Made by a program: the position numbers and the translations under genes. Shown here piece after piece: positions 52,248 to 64,000 of a DNA stretch of 64,000 nucleotides. Source of the stretch: Eledone cirrhosa (taxonomy: Eukaryota); assembly GCA_964016885.1 (NCBI GenBank), contig OZ024741.1:261020001-261084000 (forward strand), given 5' to 3'. Each line of letters starts with the position of its first letter. The stretch's first letter is position 1. The notes beneath the pieces were generated by a model. That model saw only the letters and a program-made list of their open reading frames with translations, ran no database searches and was not told the origin of the DNA.

Positions 52248-55200
52248 GTTTCGCTTTACGAGTGTTTCGACTTACGAGTGTTTCGACATACGAGTGTTTC
52301 GACTTCCGAATGTTTTTGCTTACGGGTGTTTCGACTTACGAAGTTTCGGATACGAGTGTTTCGGCTTACGAGTGTTTCCGGCTTACGAGTGTTTCGACTT
52401 ACGAGTGTTTCGACTTTCGAGTGTTTTGACTTACGGTGTTTCGGCTTACAAGTGATTCGACTTACGAGTGTTTTGACTTACGGGTGTTCCGACTTACGAG
52501 TGTTTCGGTTTACGAGTGCTTCGACATACGAGTGTTTTGACTTACGGGTGTTTCGACTTACGGGTGTTTCGACTTACGAGTGTTTCGGCTTACGAGAGTT
52601 TCGACTTACTAATGTTTTTACTTACGAGTATTTCGGTGTACGAATGTTTTGACATAAGGATGTTTCGACTTACGAGTGTTTTGACTTACGGTGTTTCGGC
52701 TTACGAGTGATTCGACTTACGAGTGTTTCTACTTACGAGTCTTTCGGCTTACGAGTGTTTCGACTTACTAATGTTTTTACTTACGAGTGTTTCGGCGTAC
52801 GAGTGTTTCGACTTACGAGTGTTTCGACTTACGGGTGTTTTGACTTACGGGTGTTTCGGCTTACGAGTGTTTTTGGCTTACGAGTGTTTTGACTTACGAG
52901 TGTTCTGATTTACGGATGTTTCGACATACGAGTGTTTCGACTTACGAGTGTTTCGACATATGAATGTTTCGACTTACGAGTGTTTCGGCTTATGAGTGTT
53001 TCGACTTACGAGTGCTTCGGCTTACGAGTGTTTCGACTTACGAGTATTTCGGCTTACGAGTGTTTCGACGTACGAATGTTTTGGCTTACGAGTGTTTCGG
53101 CTTATGAGTGTTTCGGCTTACGAGTGTTTCGACTTACGAGTGTTTCGGCTTACGAGTGTTTCAGTGTTTCGGCTTACGTGTGTTTCGACTTACGAGTGTT
53201 TCGACTTACGACTGTTTCGGCTTACGAGTGTTTCGGCTTACGAGTGTTTCGACTTACGAGTGTTTTGACTTACGAGTGTTTTGACTTACGATTGTTTGGC
53301 TTACGAGTGTTCTGACTTACGGGTGTTCTGACTTACGAGTGTTCCGACTTACGAGTGTTTCGGCTTATGAGGGTTTCGACTTACGAGTGCTTCGGCTTAC
53401 GAGTGTTTCGACTTACGAGTGTTTCGGCTTACGAGTGTTTCAACTTACGAGTGTTTCGACTTACGAGTGTTTTGACTTACGGTGTTTCGGCTTACGAGTG
53501 TTTCGACATACGAGTGTTTTGACGTACGGGTCTTTCGACTTACGGGTCTTTCGACTTAAGAGTGTTTCGACTTACGAGCGCTTCGACTTACGAGTGTTTC
53601 GGCGTATGAGTGTTTTGACTTACGAGTGTTTCGACTTACGAGTGTTTTGACTTACGGTGTTTCTGCTTACGAGTGTTTCGACTTACGAGTGTTATGACTT
53701 ACGGGTGTTTTGACATACGAGTGTTTCAACTTACGAGTGTTTTGACTTACGGGTGTTTTGACATACGAGTGTTTCGATACGAGTGTTCTGACTTACGAGT
53801 GTTCTGACTTACGAGTGTTCTGACTTACGAGTGTTCTGACTTACGAGTGTTTCGACATACGAGTGTTTTGACTTACGGGTGTTTCGACTTACGAGTGTTT
53901 TGACTTACGAATGTTTTGACTTACGGGTGTTTCGGCTTACGAGTGTTTCTACTTACGAGTCTTTCGGCTTACGAGTGTTTCGACTTACTAATGTTTTTAC
54001 TTACGAGTGTTTCGGCGTACGAGTGTTTCGACTTACGAGTGTTTCGACTTACGGGTGTTTTGACTTACGGGTGTTTCGGCTTACGAGTGTTTTGACTTAC
54101 GAGTGTTTTGACTTAAGGGTGTTTCGACTTACGAGTATTTTTGGCTTATGAGTGTTTCGACTTACGAGTGTTTTGACTTACGAGTGTTCTGATTTACGGA
54201 TGTTTCGACATACGAGTGTTTCGACTTATGAGTGTTTCGACTTACGAGTGTTTCGGCTTATGAGTGTTTCGACTTACGAGTGCTTCGGCTTACGAGTGTT
54301 TCGACTTACGAGTATTTCGGCTTACGAGTGTTTCGACGTACGAATGTTTTGGCTTACGAGTGTTTCGGCTTATGAGTGTTTCGGCTTACGAGTGATTCGA
54401 CTTACGAGTGTTTTGACTTACGGGTGTTTTGACTTACGGGTGTTGTGAATTACGAGTGTTCCGATTCACGAGTGTTTTGACTTACGGTGTTTCGGCTTAC
54501 GAGTGATTCGACTTACGAATGTTTTGACTTACGGGTGTTTCGGCTTGCTAGTGTTTCGACTTACGAGTGTTTCGGCTTATGAGTGTTTCGACTTACTACT
54601 GTTTTTACTTACGAGTGTTTCGGCGTCCGAGTGTTTTGACTTACGAGTGTTTCGAATTACGAGTGTTTTGACTTACGAATGTTTTGACTTACGGGTGTTT
54701 CGGCTTACGAGTGTTTCGACTTACGAGTGTTTCGGCTTGCGAGTGTTTCGACTTACTAATGTTTTTACTTACGAGTTTTTCGGCGTACGAGTGTTTCGAC
54801 TTACGAGTGTTTCGACTTACGGGTGTTTTGACTTAAGGGTGTTTCGACTTACAAGTGTTTCGACTTACGAGTGTTTCGACTTACCAGTGTTCTGACTTAC
54901 GAGTGTTCTGATTTACGGATGTTTCGACATACGAGTGTTTCGACTTACGAGTGTTTCGACTTACGAGTGTTTTGACTTACGGGTGTTTTGACATACGAGT
55001 GTTTCGATACGAGTGTTTCGACTTACGAGTGTTCTGACTTACGAGTGTTCTGACTTACGAGTGTTCTGATTTACGAGTGTTCTGATTTACGAGTGTTCCG
55101 ACTTACGAGTGTTTCGGCTTACGAGTGTTTCGACTTACGAGTGTTTCGACTTACGAGTGTTTCGACTTACGAGTGTTCCGACTTACGGGTGTTTCGACTT

Positions 55201-55410
55201 ACGAGTGGTTTGGCTTACGGTGTTTCGGCTTACGAGTGTTTCGAGTTACGAGTGTTTTGACTTACGCGTGTTTTGACATACGAGTGTTTCGATACGAGTG
55301 TTCTGACTTACGAGTGTTCTGACTTACGAGTGTTCTGACTTACGAGTGTTCCGACTTTACGAGTGTTTCGGCTCACGAGTGTTTCGGCTTACGAGTGTTT
55401 CGACTTACGA

Positions 55411-55479
55411 AAATAACAAATAGACGCGGTTTCAAATCTCTATGATTTTCAAATTCATTACATTAATCTTTATTTATAC
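55411..55479 (+). repeat. 69-bp spacer, subtype B
   Basis: Offset 3232 from 52179. Confidence 0.95.
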
Positions 55480-58400
55480 GTTTCGCTTTACGAGTGTTTC
55501 GACTTACGAGTGTTTCGACATACGAGTGTTTCGACTTCCGAATGTTTTTGCTTACGGGTGTTTCGACTTACGAAGTTTCGGATACGAGTGTTTCGGCTTA
55601 CGAGTGTTTCCGGCTTACGAGTGTTTCGACTTACGAGTGTTTCGACTTTCGAGTGTTTTGACTTACGGTGTTTCGGCTTACAAGTGATTCGACTTACGAG
55701 TGTTTTGACTTACGGGTGTTCCGACTTACGAGTGTTTCGGTTTACGAGTGCTTCGACATACGAGTGTTTTGACTTACGGGTGTTTCGACTTACGGGTGTT
55801 TCGACTTACGAGTGTTTCGGCTTACGAGAGTTTCGACTTACTAATGTTTTTACTTACGAGTATTTCGGTGTACGAATGTTTTGACATAAGGATGTTTCGA
55901 CTTACGAGTGTTTTGACTTACGGTGTTTCGGCTTACGAGTGATTCGACTTACGAGTGTTTCTACTTACGAGTCTTTCGGCTTACGAGTGTTTCGACTTAC
56001 TAATGTTTTTACTTACGAGTGTTTCGGCGTACGAGTGTTTCGACTTACGAGTGTTTCGACTTACGGGTGTTTTGACTTACGGGTGTTTCGGCTTACGAGT
56101 GTTTTTGGCTTACGAGTGTTTTGACTTACGAGTGTTCTGATTTACGGATGTTTCGACATACGAGTGTTTCGACTTACGAGTGTTTCGACATATGAATGTT
56201 TCGACTTACGAGTGTTTCGGCTTATGAGTGTTTCGACTTACGAGTGCTTCGGCTTACGAGTGTTTCGACTTACGAGTATTTCGGCTTACGAGTGTTTCGA
56301 CGTACGAATGTTTTGGCTTACGAGTGTTTCGGCTTATGAGTGTTTCGGCTTACGAGTGTTTCGACTTACGAGTGTTTCGGCTTACGAGTGTTTCAGTGTT
56401 TCGGCTTACGTGTGTTTCGACTTACGAGTGTTTCGACTTACGACTGTTTCGGCTTACGAGTGTTTCGGCTTACGAGTGTTTCGACTTACGAGTGTTTTGA
56501 CTTACGAGTGTTTTGACTTACGATTGTTTGGCTTACGAGTGTTCTGACTTACGGGTGTTCTGACTTACGAGTGTTCCGACTTACGAGTGTTTCGGCTTAT
56601 GAGGGTTTCGACTTACGAGTGCTTCGGCTTACGAGTGTTTCGACTTACGAGTGTTTCGGCTTACGAGTGTTTCAACTTACGAGTGTTTCGACTTACGAGT
56701 GTTTTGACTTACGGTGTTTCGGCTTACGAGTGTTTCGACATACGAGTGTTTTGACGTACGGGTCTTTCGACTTACGGGTCTTTCGACTTAAGAGTGTTTC
56801 GACTTACGAGCGCTTCGACTTACGAGTGTTTCGGCGTATGAGTGTTTTGACTTACGAGTGTTTCGACTTACGAGTGTTTTGACTTACGGTGTTTCTGCTT
56901 ACGAGTGTTTCGACTTACGAGTGTTATGACTTACGGGTGTTTTGACATACGAGTGTTTCAACTTACGAGTGTTTTGACTTACGGGTGTTTTGACATACGA
57001 GTGTTTCGATACGAGTGTTCTGACTTACGAGTGTTCTGACTTACGAGTGTTCTGACTTACGAGTGTTCTGACTTACGAGTGTTTCGACATACGAGTGTTT
57101 TGACTTACGGGTGTTTCGACTTACGAGTGTTTTGACTTACGAATGTTTTGACTTACGGATGTTTCGGCTTACGAGTGTTTCGACTTACGAGTCTTTCGGC
57201 TTACGAGTGTTTCGACTTACTAATGTTTTTACTTACGAGTGTTTCGGCGTACGAGTGTTTCGACTTCCGAGTGTTTCGACTTACGGGTGTTTTGACTTAC
57301 GGGTGTTTCGGCTTACGAGTGTTTTGACTTACGAGTGTTTTGACTTAAGGGTGTTTCGACTTACGAGTATTTTTGGCTTACGAGTGTTTCGACTTACGAG
57401 TGTTTTGACTTACGAGTGTTCTGATTTACGGATGTTTCGACATACGAGTGTTTCGACTTACGAGTGTTTCGACTTATGAGTGTTTCGACTTACGAGTGTT
57501 TCGACTTACGAGTGTTTCGGGTTATGATTGTTTCGACTTACGAGTGTTTTGACTTACGGTGTTTCAGCTTACGAGTGTTTCGACTTACGAGTGTTTTGAC
57601 TTACGGGTGTTTTGACATACGAGTGTTTCGATACGAGTGTTCTGACTTACGAGTGTTCTGACTTACGAGTGTTTTGACTTACGAGTGTTCGGACTTACGA
57701 GTGTTCCGACTTACGAGTGTTCCGACTTACGAGTGTTTCGGCTTACGAGTGTTTCCGGCTTACGAGTGTTTCGACTTACGAGTGTTTTGACTTACGGTGT
57801 TTCGGCTTACGAGTGATTCGACTTACGAGTGTTTTGACTTACGGGTGTTTTGACTTACGGGTGTTGTGAATTACGAGTGTTCCGATTCACGAGTGTTTTG
57901 ACTTACGGTGTTTCGGCTTACGAGTGATTCGACTTACGAATGTTTTGCCTTACGGGTGTTTCGGCTTGGTAGTGTTTCGACTTACGAGTGTTTCGGCTTA
58001 TGAGTGTTTCGACTTACTACTGTTTTTACTTACGAGTGTTTCGGCGTACGAGTGTTGTGACTTACGAGTGTTTCGAATTACGAGTGTTTTGACTTACGAA
58101 TGTTTTGACTTACGGGTGTTTCGGCTTACGAGTGTTTCGACTTACGAGTGTTTCGGCTTGCGAGTGTTTCGACTTACTAATGTTTTTACTTACGAGTTTT
58201 TCGGCGTACGAGTGTTTCGACTTAAGAGTGTTTCGACTTACGAGCGCTTCGACTTACGAGTGTTTCGGCGTATGAGTGTTTTGACTTACGAGTGTTTCGA
58301 CTTACGAGTGTTTCGACTTACGAGTGTTTCGAATTACGAGTGTTTCGACTTACGAGTGTTTTGACTTACGGTGTTTCTGCTTACGAGTGTTTCGACTTAC

Positions 58401-58920
58401 GAGTGTTATGACTTACGGGTGTTTTGACATACGAGTGTTTCAACTTACGAGTGTTTTGACTTACGGGTGTTTTGACATACGAGTGTTTCGATACGAGTGT
58501 TCTGACTTACGAGTGTTCTGACTTACGAGTGTTCTGACTTACGAGTGTTTCGACATACGAGTGTTTTGACTTACGGGTGTTTCGACTTACGAGTGTTTTG
58601 ACTTACGAATGTTTTGACTTACGGGTGTTTCGGCTTACGAGTGTTTCGACTTACGAGTCTTTCGGCTTACGAGTGTTTCGACTTACTAATGTTTTTACTT
58701 ACGAGTGTTTCGGCGTACGAGTGTTTCGACTTCCGAGTGTTTCGACTTACGGGTGTTTTGACTTACGGGTGTTTCGGCTTACGAGTGTTTTGACTTACGA
58801 GTGTTTTGACTTAAGGGTGTTTCGACTTACGAGTATTTTTGGCTTACGAGTGTTTCGACTTACGAGTGTTTTGACTTACGAGTGTTCTGATTTACGGATG
58901 TTTCGACATACGAGTGTTTC

Positions 58921-61900
58921 GACGTACGAATGTTTTGGCTTACGAGTGTTTCGGCTTATGAGTGTTTCGGCTTACGAGTGATTCGACTTACGAGTGTTTT
59001 GACTTACGGGTGTTTTGACTTACGGGTGTTGTGAATTACGAGTGTTCCGATTCACGAGTGTTTTGACTTACGGTGTTTCGGCTTACGAGTGATTCGACTT
59101 ACGAATGTTTTGACTTACGGGTGTTTCGGCTTGCTAGTGTTTCGACTTACGAGTGTTTCGGCTTATGAGTGTTTCGACTTACTACTGTTTTTACTTACGA
59201 GTGTTTCGGCGTCCGAGTGTTTTGACTTACGAGTGTTTCGAATTACGAGTGTTTTGACTTACGAATGTTTTGACTTACGGGTGTTTCGGCTTACGAGTGT
59301 TTCGACTTACGAGTGTTTCGGCTTGCGAGTGTTTCGACTTACTAATGTTTTTACTTACGAGTTTTTCGGCGTACGAGTGTTTCGACTTACGAGTGTTTCG
59401 ACTTACGGGTGTTTTGACTTAAGGGTGTTTCGACTTACAAGTGTTTCGACTTACGAGTGTTTCGACTTACCAGTGTTCTGACTTACGAGTGTTCTGATTT
59501 ACGGATGTTTCGACATACGAGTGTTTCGACTTACGAGTGTTTCGACTTACGAGTGTTTTGACTTACGGGTGTTTTGACATACGAGTGTTTCGATACGAGT
59601 GTTTCGACTTACGAGTGTTCTGACTTACGAGTGTTCTGACTTACGAGTGTTCTGATTTACGAGTGTTCTGATTTACGAGTGTTCCGACTTACGAGTGTTT
59701 CGGCTTACGAGTGTTTCGGCTTACGAGTGTTTCGACTTACGAGTGTTTCGACTTACGAGTGTTCCGACTTACGGGTGTTTCGACTTACGAGTGGTTTGGC
59801 TTACGGTGTTTCGGCTTACGAGTGTTTCGAGTTACGAGTGTTTTGACTTACGCGTGTTTTGACATACGAGTGTTTCGATACGAGTGTTCTGACTTACGAG
59901 TGTTCTGACTTACGAGTGTTCTGACTTACGAGTGTTCCGACTTTACGAGTGTTTCGGCTCACGAGTGTTTCGGCTTACGAGTGTTTCGACTTACGAAAAT
60001 AACAAATAGACGCGGTTTCAAATCTCTATGATTTTCAAATTCATTACATTAATCTTTATTTATACGTTTCGCTTTACGAGTGTTTCGACTTACGAGTGTT
60101 TCGACATACGAGTGTTTCGACTTCCGAATGTTTTTGCTTACGGGTGTTTCGACTTACGAAGTTTCGGATACGAGTGTTTCGGCTTACGAGTGTTTCCGGC
60201 TTACGAGTGTTTCGACTTACGAGTGTTTCGACTTTCGAGTGTTTTGACTTACGGTGTTTCGGCTTACAAGTGATTCGACTTACGAGTGTTTTGACTTACG
60301 GGTGTTCCGACTTACGAGTGTTTCGGTTTACGAGTGCTTCGACATACGAGTGTTTTGACTTACGGGTGTTTCGACTTACGGGTGTTTCGACTTACGAGTG
60401 TTTCGGCTTACGAGAGTTTCGACTTACTAATGTTTTTACTTACGAGTATTTCGGTGTACGAATGTTTTGACATAAGGATGTTTCGACTTACGAGTGTTTT
60501 GACTTACGGTGTTTCGGCTTACGAGTGATTCGACTTACGAGTGTTTCTACTTACGAGTCTTTCGGCTTACGAGTGTTTCGACTTACTAATGTTTTTACTT
60601 ACGAGTGTTTCGGCGTACGAGTGTTTCGACTTACGAGTGTTTCGACTTACGGGTGTTTTGACTTACGGGTGTTTCGGCTTACGAGTGTTTTTGGCTTACG
60701 AGTGTTTTGACTTACGAGTGTTCTGATTTACGGATGTTTCGACATACGAGTGTTTCGACTTACGAGTGTTTCGACATATGAATGTTTCGACTTACGAGTG
60801 TTTCGGCTTATGAGTGTTTCGACTTACGAGTGCTTCGGCTTACGAGTGTTTCGACTTACGAGTATTTCGGCTTACGAGTGTTTCGACGTACGAATGTTTT
60901 GGCTTACGAGTGTTTCGGCTTATGAGTGTTTCGGCTTACGAGTGTTTCGACTTACGAGTGTTTCGGCTTACGAGTGTTTCAGTGTTTCGGCTTACGTGTG
61001 TTTCGACTTACGAGTGTTTCGACTTACGACTGTTTCGGCTTACGAGTGTTTCGGCTTACGAGTGTTTCGACTTACGAGTGTTTTGACTTACGAGTGTTTT
61101 GACTTACGATTGTTTGGCTTACGAGTGTTCTGACTTACGGGTGTTCTGACTTACGAGTGTTCCGACTTACGAGTGTTTCGGCTTATGAGGGTTTCGACTT
61201 ACGAGTGCTTCGGCTTACGAGTGTTTCGACTTACGAGTGTTTCGGCTTACGAGTGTTTCAACTTACGAGTGTTTCGACTTACGAGTGTTTTGACTTACGG
61301 TGTTTCGGCTTACGAGTGTTTCGACATACGAGTGTTTTGACGTACGGGTCTTTCGACTTACGGGTCTTTCGACTTAAGAGTGTTTCGACTTACGAGCGCT
61401 TCGACTTACGAGTGTTTCGGCGTATGAGTGTTTTGACTTACGAGTGTTTCGACTTACGAGTGTTTTGACTTACGGTGTTTCTGCTTACGAGTGTTTCGAC
61501 TTACGAGTGTTATGACTTACGGGTGTTTTGACATACGAGTGTTTCAACTTACGAGTGTTTTGACTTACGGGTGTTTTGACATACGAGTGTTTCGATACGA
61601 GTGTTCTGACTTACGAGTGTTCTGACTTACGAGTGTTCTGACTTACGAGTGTTCTGACTTACGAGTGTTTCGACATACGAGTGTTTTGACTTACGGGTGT
61701 TTCGACTTACGAGTGTTTTGACTTACGAATGTTTTGACTTACGGATGTTTCGGCTTACGAGTGTTTCGACTTACGAGTCTTTCGGCTTACGAGTGTTTCG
61801 ACTTACTAATGTTTTTACTTACGAGTGTTTTGACTTACGAATGTTTTGACTTACGGGTGTTTCGACTTGCGAGTGTTTCGACTTATGAGTGTTTCGACTT

Positions 61901-64000
61901 TCGAGTGTTCTGACTTACGAGTGTTCTGACTTACGAGTGTTCCGACTTACGAGTGTTTCGGTTTACGAGTGTTTCGACATACGAGTGTTTTGACTTACGA
62001 GTGATTCGACTTACGAGTGTTTTGACTTACGGGTGTTTTGACTTACGGGTGTTGTGAATTACCAGTGTTCCGATTTACGAGTGTTTTGACTTATGAGTGT
62101 TTCGACTTTCGAGTGTTCTGACTTACGAGTGTTCTGACTTACGAGTGTTCCGACTTACGAGTGTTTCGGTTTACGAGTGTTTCGACATACGAGTGTTTTG
62201 ACTTACGAGTGATTCGACTTACGAGTGTTTTGACTTACGGGTGTTTTGACTTACGGGTGTTGTGAATTACCAGTGTTCCGATTTACGAGTGTTTTGACTT
62301 ACGGTGTTTCGGCTTACGAGTGTTTCGACTTACGAGTGTTTCGGCTTACGAGTGTTTCGACTTAATAATGTTTTTACTTACGAGTGTTTCGGTGTACGAA
62401 TGTTTTGACTTAAGGATGTTTCGACTTACGAGTGTTTCGATTTACGAGTGTTTCGGCTTACGTGAGTTTCGACTTAAGAGTGTTCTGATTTACGAATGTT
62501 CTGACTTGCGGGTGTTCTGATTTACGAGTGTTCCGACTTACGAGTGTTTCGGCTTATGAGTGTTTCGACTTACGAGTGTTTCGGCTTACGAGTGTTTCGA
62601 CTTATGGGTGTTTCGACTTACGAGTGTTTTTACTTACGGTGTTTCGGCTTACGAGTGTTTCGACATACGAGTGTTTTGACTTAAGGGTGTTCCGACTTAC
62701 GAGTGTTTCGGTTTACGAGTGTTTCGACATACGAGTGTTTTGACTTACGGGTGTTTCGACTTACGGGTGTTTCGACTTACGAGTCTTTCGGCTTACGAGT
62801 GTTTTGACATACGAGTGTTTCGACTTACGAGTGTTTCGGCTTAAGAGTGTTTCGACTTACTAATGTTTTTACTTACGAGTGTTTCGGCGTACGAGAGTTT
62901 TGACTTACGAGTGTTTCGACTTACGAGTGTTTTGACTTACGAATGTTTTGACTTACGGGTGTTTCGGCTTATGAGTTTTTCGACTTACGAGTCTTTCGGC
63001 TTACGAGTGTTTCGACTTACTAATGTTTTTACTTACGAGTGTTTCGGCGTACGAGTGTTTCGACTTACGAGTGTTTCGACTTACGGGTGTTTTGAATTAC
63101 TGGTGTTTCGGCTTACGAGTGTTTCGACTAACGAGTGTTTTGACTTAAGGGTGTTTCGACTTACGAGTATTTTTGGCTTACGAGTGTTTCGACTTACGAG
63201 TGTTTTGACTTACGAGTGTTCTGATTTACGGATGTTTCGACATACTAGTGTTTCGACTTACGAGTGTTTCGACTTATGAGTGTTTCGACTTACGAGTGTT
63301 TCGGCTTACGAGTGTTTCGACTTACGAGTGTTTTGATTTACGGTGTTTCGGCTTACGAGTGTTTCGACTTACGAGTGTTTTGACTTACGGGTGTTTTGAC
63401 ATACGAGTGTTTCGATACGAGTGTTCTGACTTACGAGTGTTCTGACTTACGAGTGTTTTGACTTACGAGTGTTCTGACTTACAAGTGTTCCGACTTACGA
63501 GTGTTCCGACTTACGAGTGTTTCGGCTTACGAGTGTTTCCGGCTTATGAGTGTTTCGACTTCCGAGTGTTTTGACTTACGGTGTTTCGGCTTACGAGTGA
63601 TTCGACTTACGAGTGTTTTGACTTACGGGTGATTTGACTTACGGGTGTTGTGAATTACGAGTGTTCCGATTTACCAGTGTTTTGACTTACGGTGTTTCGG
63701 CTTACGAGTGATTCGACTTACGAATGTTTTGACTTACGGGTGTTTTGGCTTGCGAGTGTTTCGACTTACGAGTGTTTCGGCTTATGGGTGTTTCGACTTA
63801 CTAATGTTTTTACTTACGAGTGTTTCGGCGTACGAGTGTTTTGACTTACGAGTGTTTCGACTTACGAGTGTTTCGACTTACGAGTGTTTCGGCTTACGTG
63901 AGTTTCGACTTAAGTGTGTTCTGATTTACGAGTGTTCTGACTTGCGGGTGTTCTGATTTACGAGTGTTCCGACTTACGAGTGTATCGGCTTATGAGAGTT
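58921..64000 (+). repeat. Further copy of the 5802-bp HOR family, matching 41060-46139 (offset 17861)
   Basis: Offsets 41228/59089, 43296/61157, 44459/62320 and 45847/63708 all equal 17861. Confidence 0.9.
59997..60065 (+). repeat. 69-bp spacer, subtype B
   Basis: Offset 17861 from 42136. Confidence 0.95.

Larger units (their letters stand above)
46410..57150 (+). repeat. 3232-bp higher-order repeat (about 3 copies) with an internal 1009-bp duplication
   Basis: Offsets of 3232 (46679/49911, 47969/51201, 52210/55442, 53339/56571) and 1009 (51201/52210, 51923/52932). Confidence 0.9.
1..64000 (+). repeat. 16-bp satellite DNA array, consensus GACTTACGAGTGTTTC, about 3,800 head-to-tail monomers, extends beyond both window ends
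   Basis: The monomer is directly visible on almost every line in one orientation. Common variants are GGCTTACG, GTTTTGAC, GTTCTGAC, GTTCCGAC, TACGGG, TATGAG and GACATACG, with occasional 8-, 10-, 14-, 15- and 17-bp indel monomers. It is interrupted only by the 69-bp and 815-bp inserts. Confidence 0.99.

Noticed and set aside
4-63956. About 250 + strand ORFs encoding FRLTSVSTYECFDLRV-type repeats
   Set aside because: They are translations of the satellite. They overlap in all three frames, mostly use GTG/TTG starts, and are broken at random by common TGA-creating variants and indel monomers.
1-64000. CRISPR array
   Set aside because: Monomers are contiguous with no unique spacers, the 69-bp inserts are copies of each other, and there are no cas genes.
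1-64000. Telomerase-synthesised long telomeric repeat (G/T-rich strand, 16 bp)
   Set aside because: Extensive variants inherited in kb-scale HORs and embedded inserts indicate recombinational amplification rather than templated addition. A subtelomeric location cannot be excluded from this window.

Overview
This window contains no credible genes. About 94% of it is a single-orientation tandem array of a 16-bp monomer (consensus GACTTACGAGTGTTTC, roughly 3,800 copies) that runs off both ends and looks like eukaryotic, probably invertebrate, satellite DNA. Monomer variants recur in fixed order and form nested higher-order repeats (HORs) with periods of about 208, 1009, 3232, 4316, 5802 and 8200 bp, plus longer-range copies at about 17.9, 23.9 and 30.5 kb. 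Two non-satellite sequences are embedded. One is a 67-69-bp AT-rich spacer (17 copies, two subtypes, identical junctions). The other is an 815-bp island (3 copies) with a 35-nt hairpin, CTAG/TC motifs, a TA run, (GTCT/GT)n microsatellites and internal duplications, which resembles a non-autonomous Helitron/Helentron (HINE/DINE-like) terminus. Every ORF in the track is a by-product of the repeat. The + strand consensus has no stop codon, while the - strand has a TAA in every monomer. HOR boundaries were estimated by eye and from ORF-track offsets, and family assignments are from recalled architecture, not database searches.
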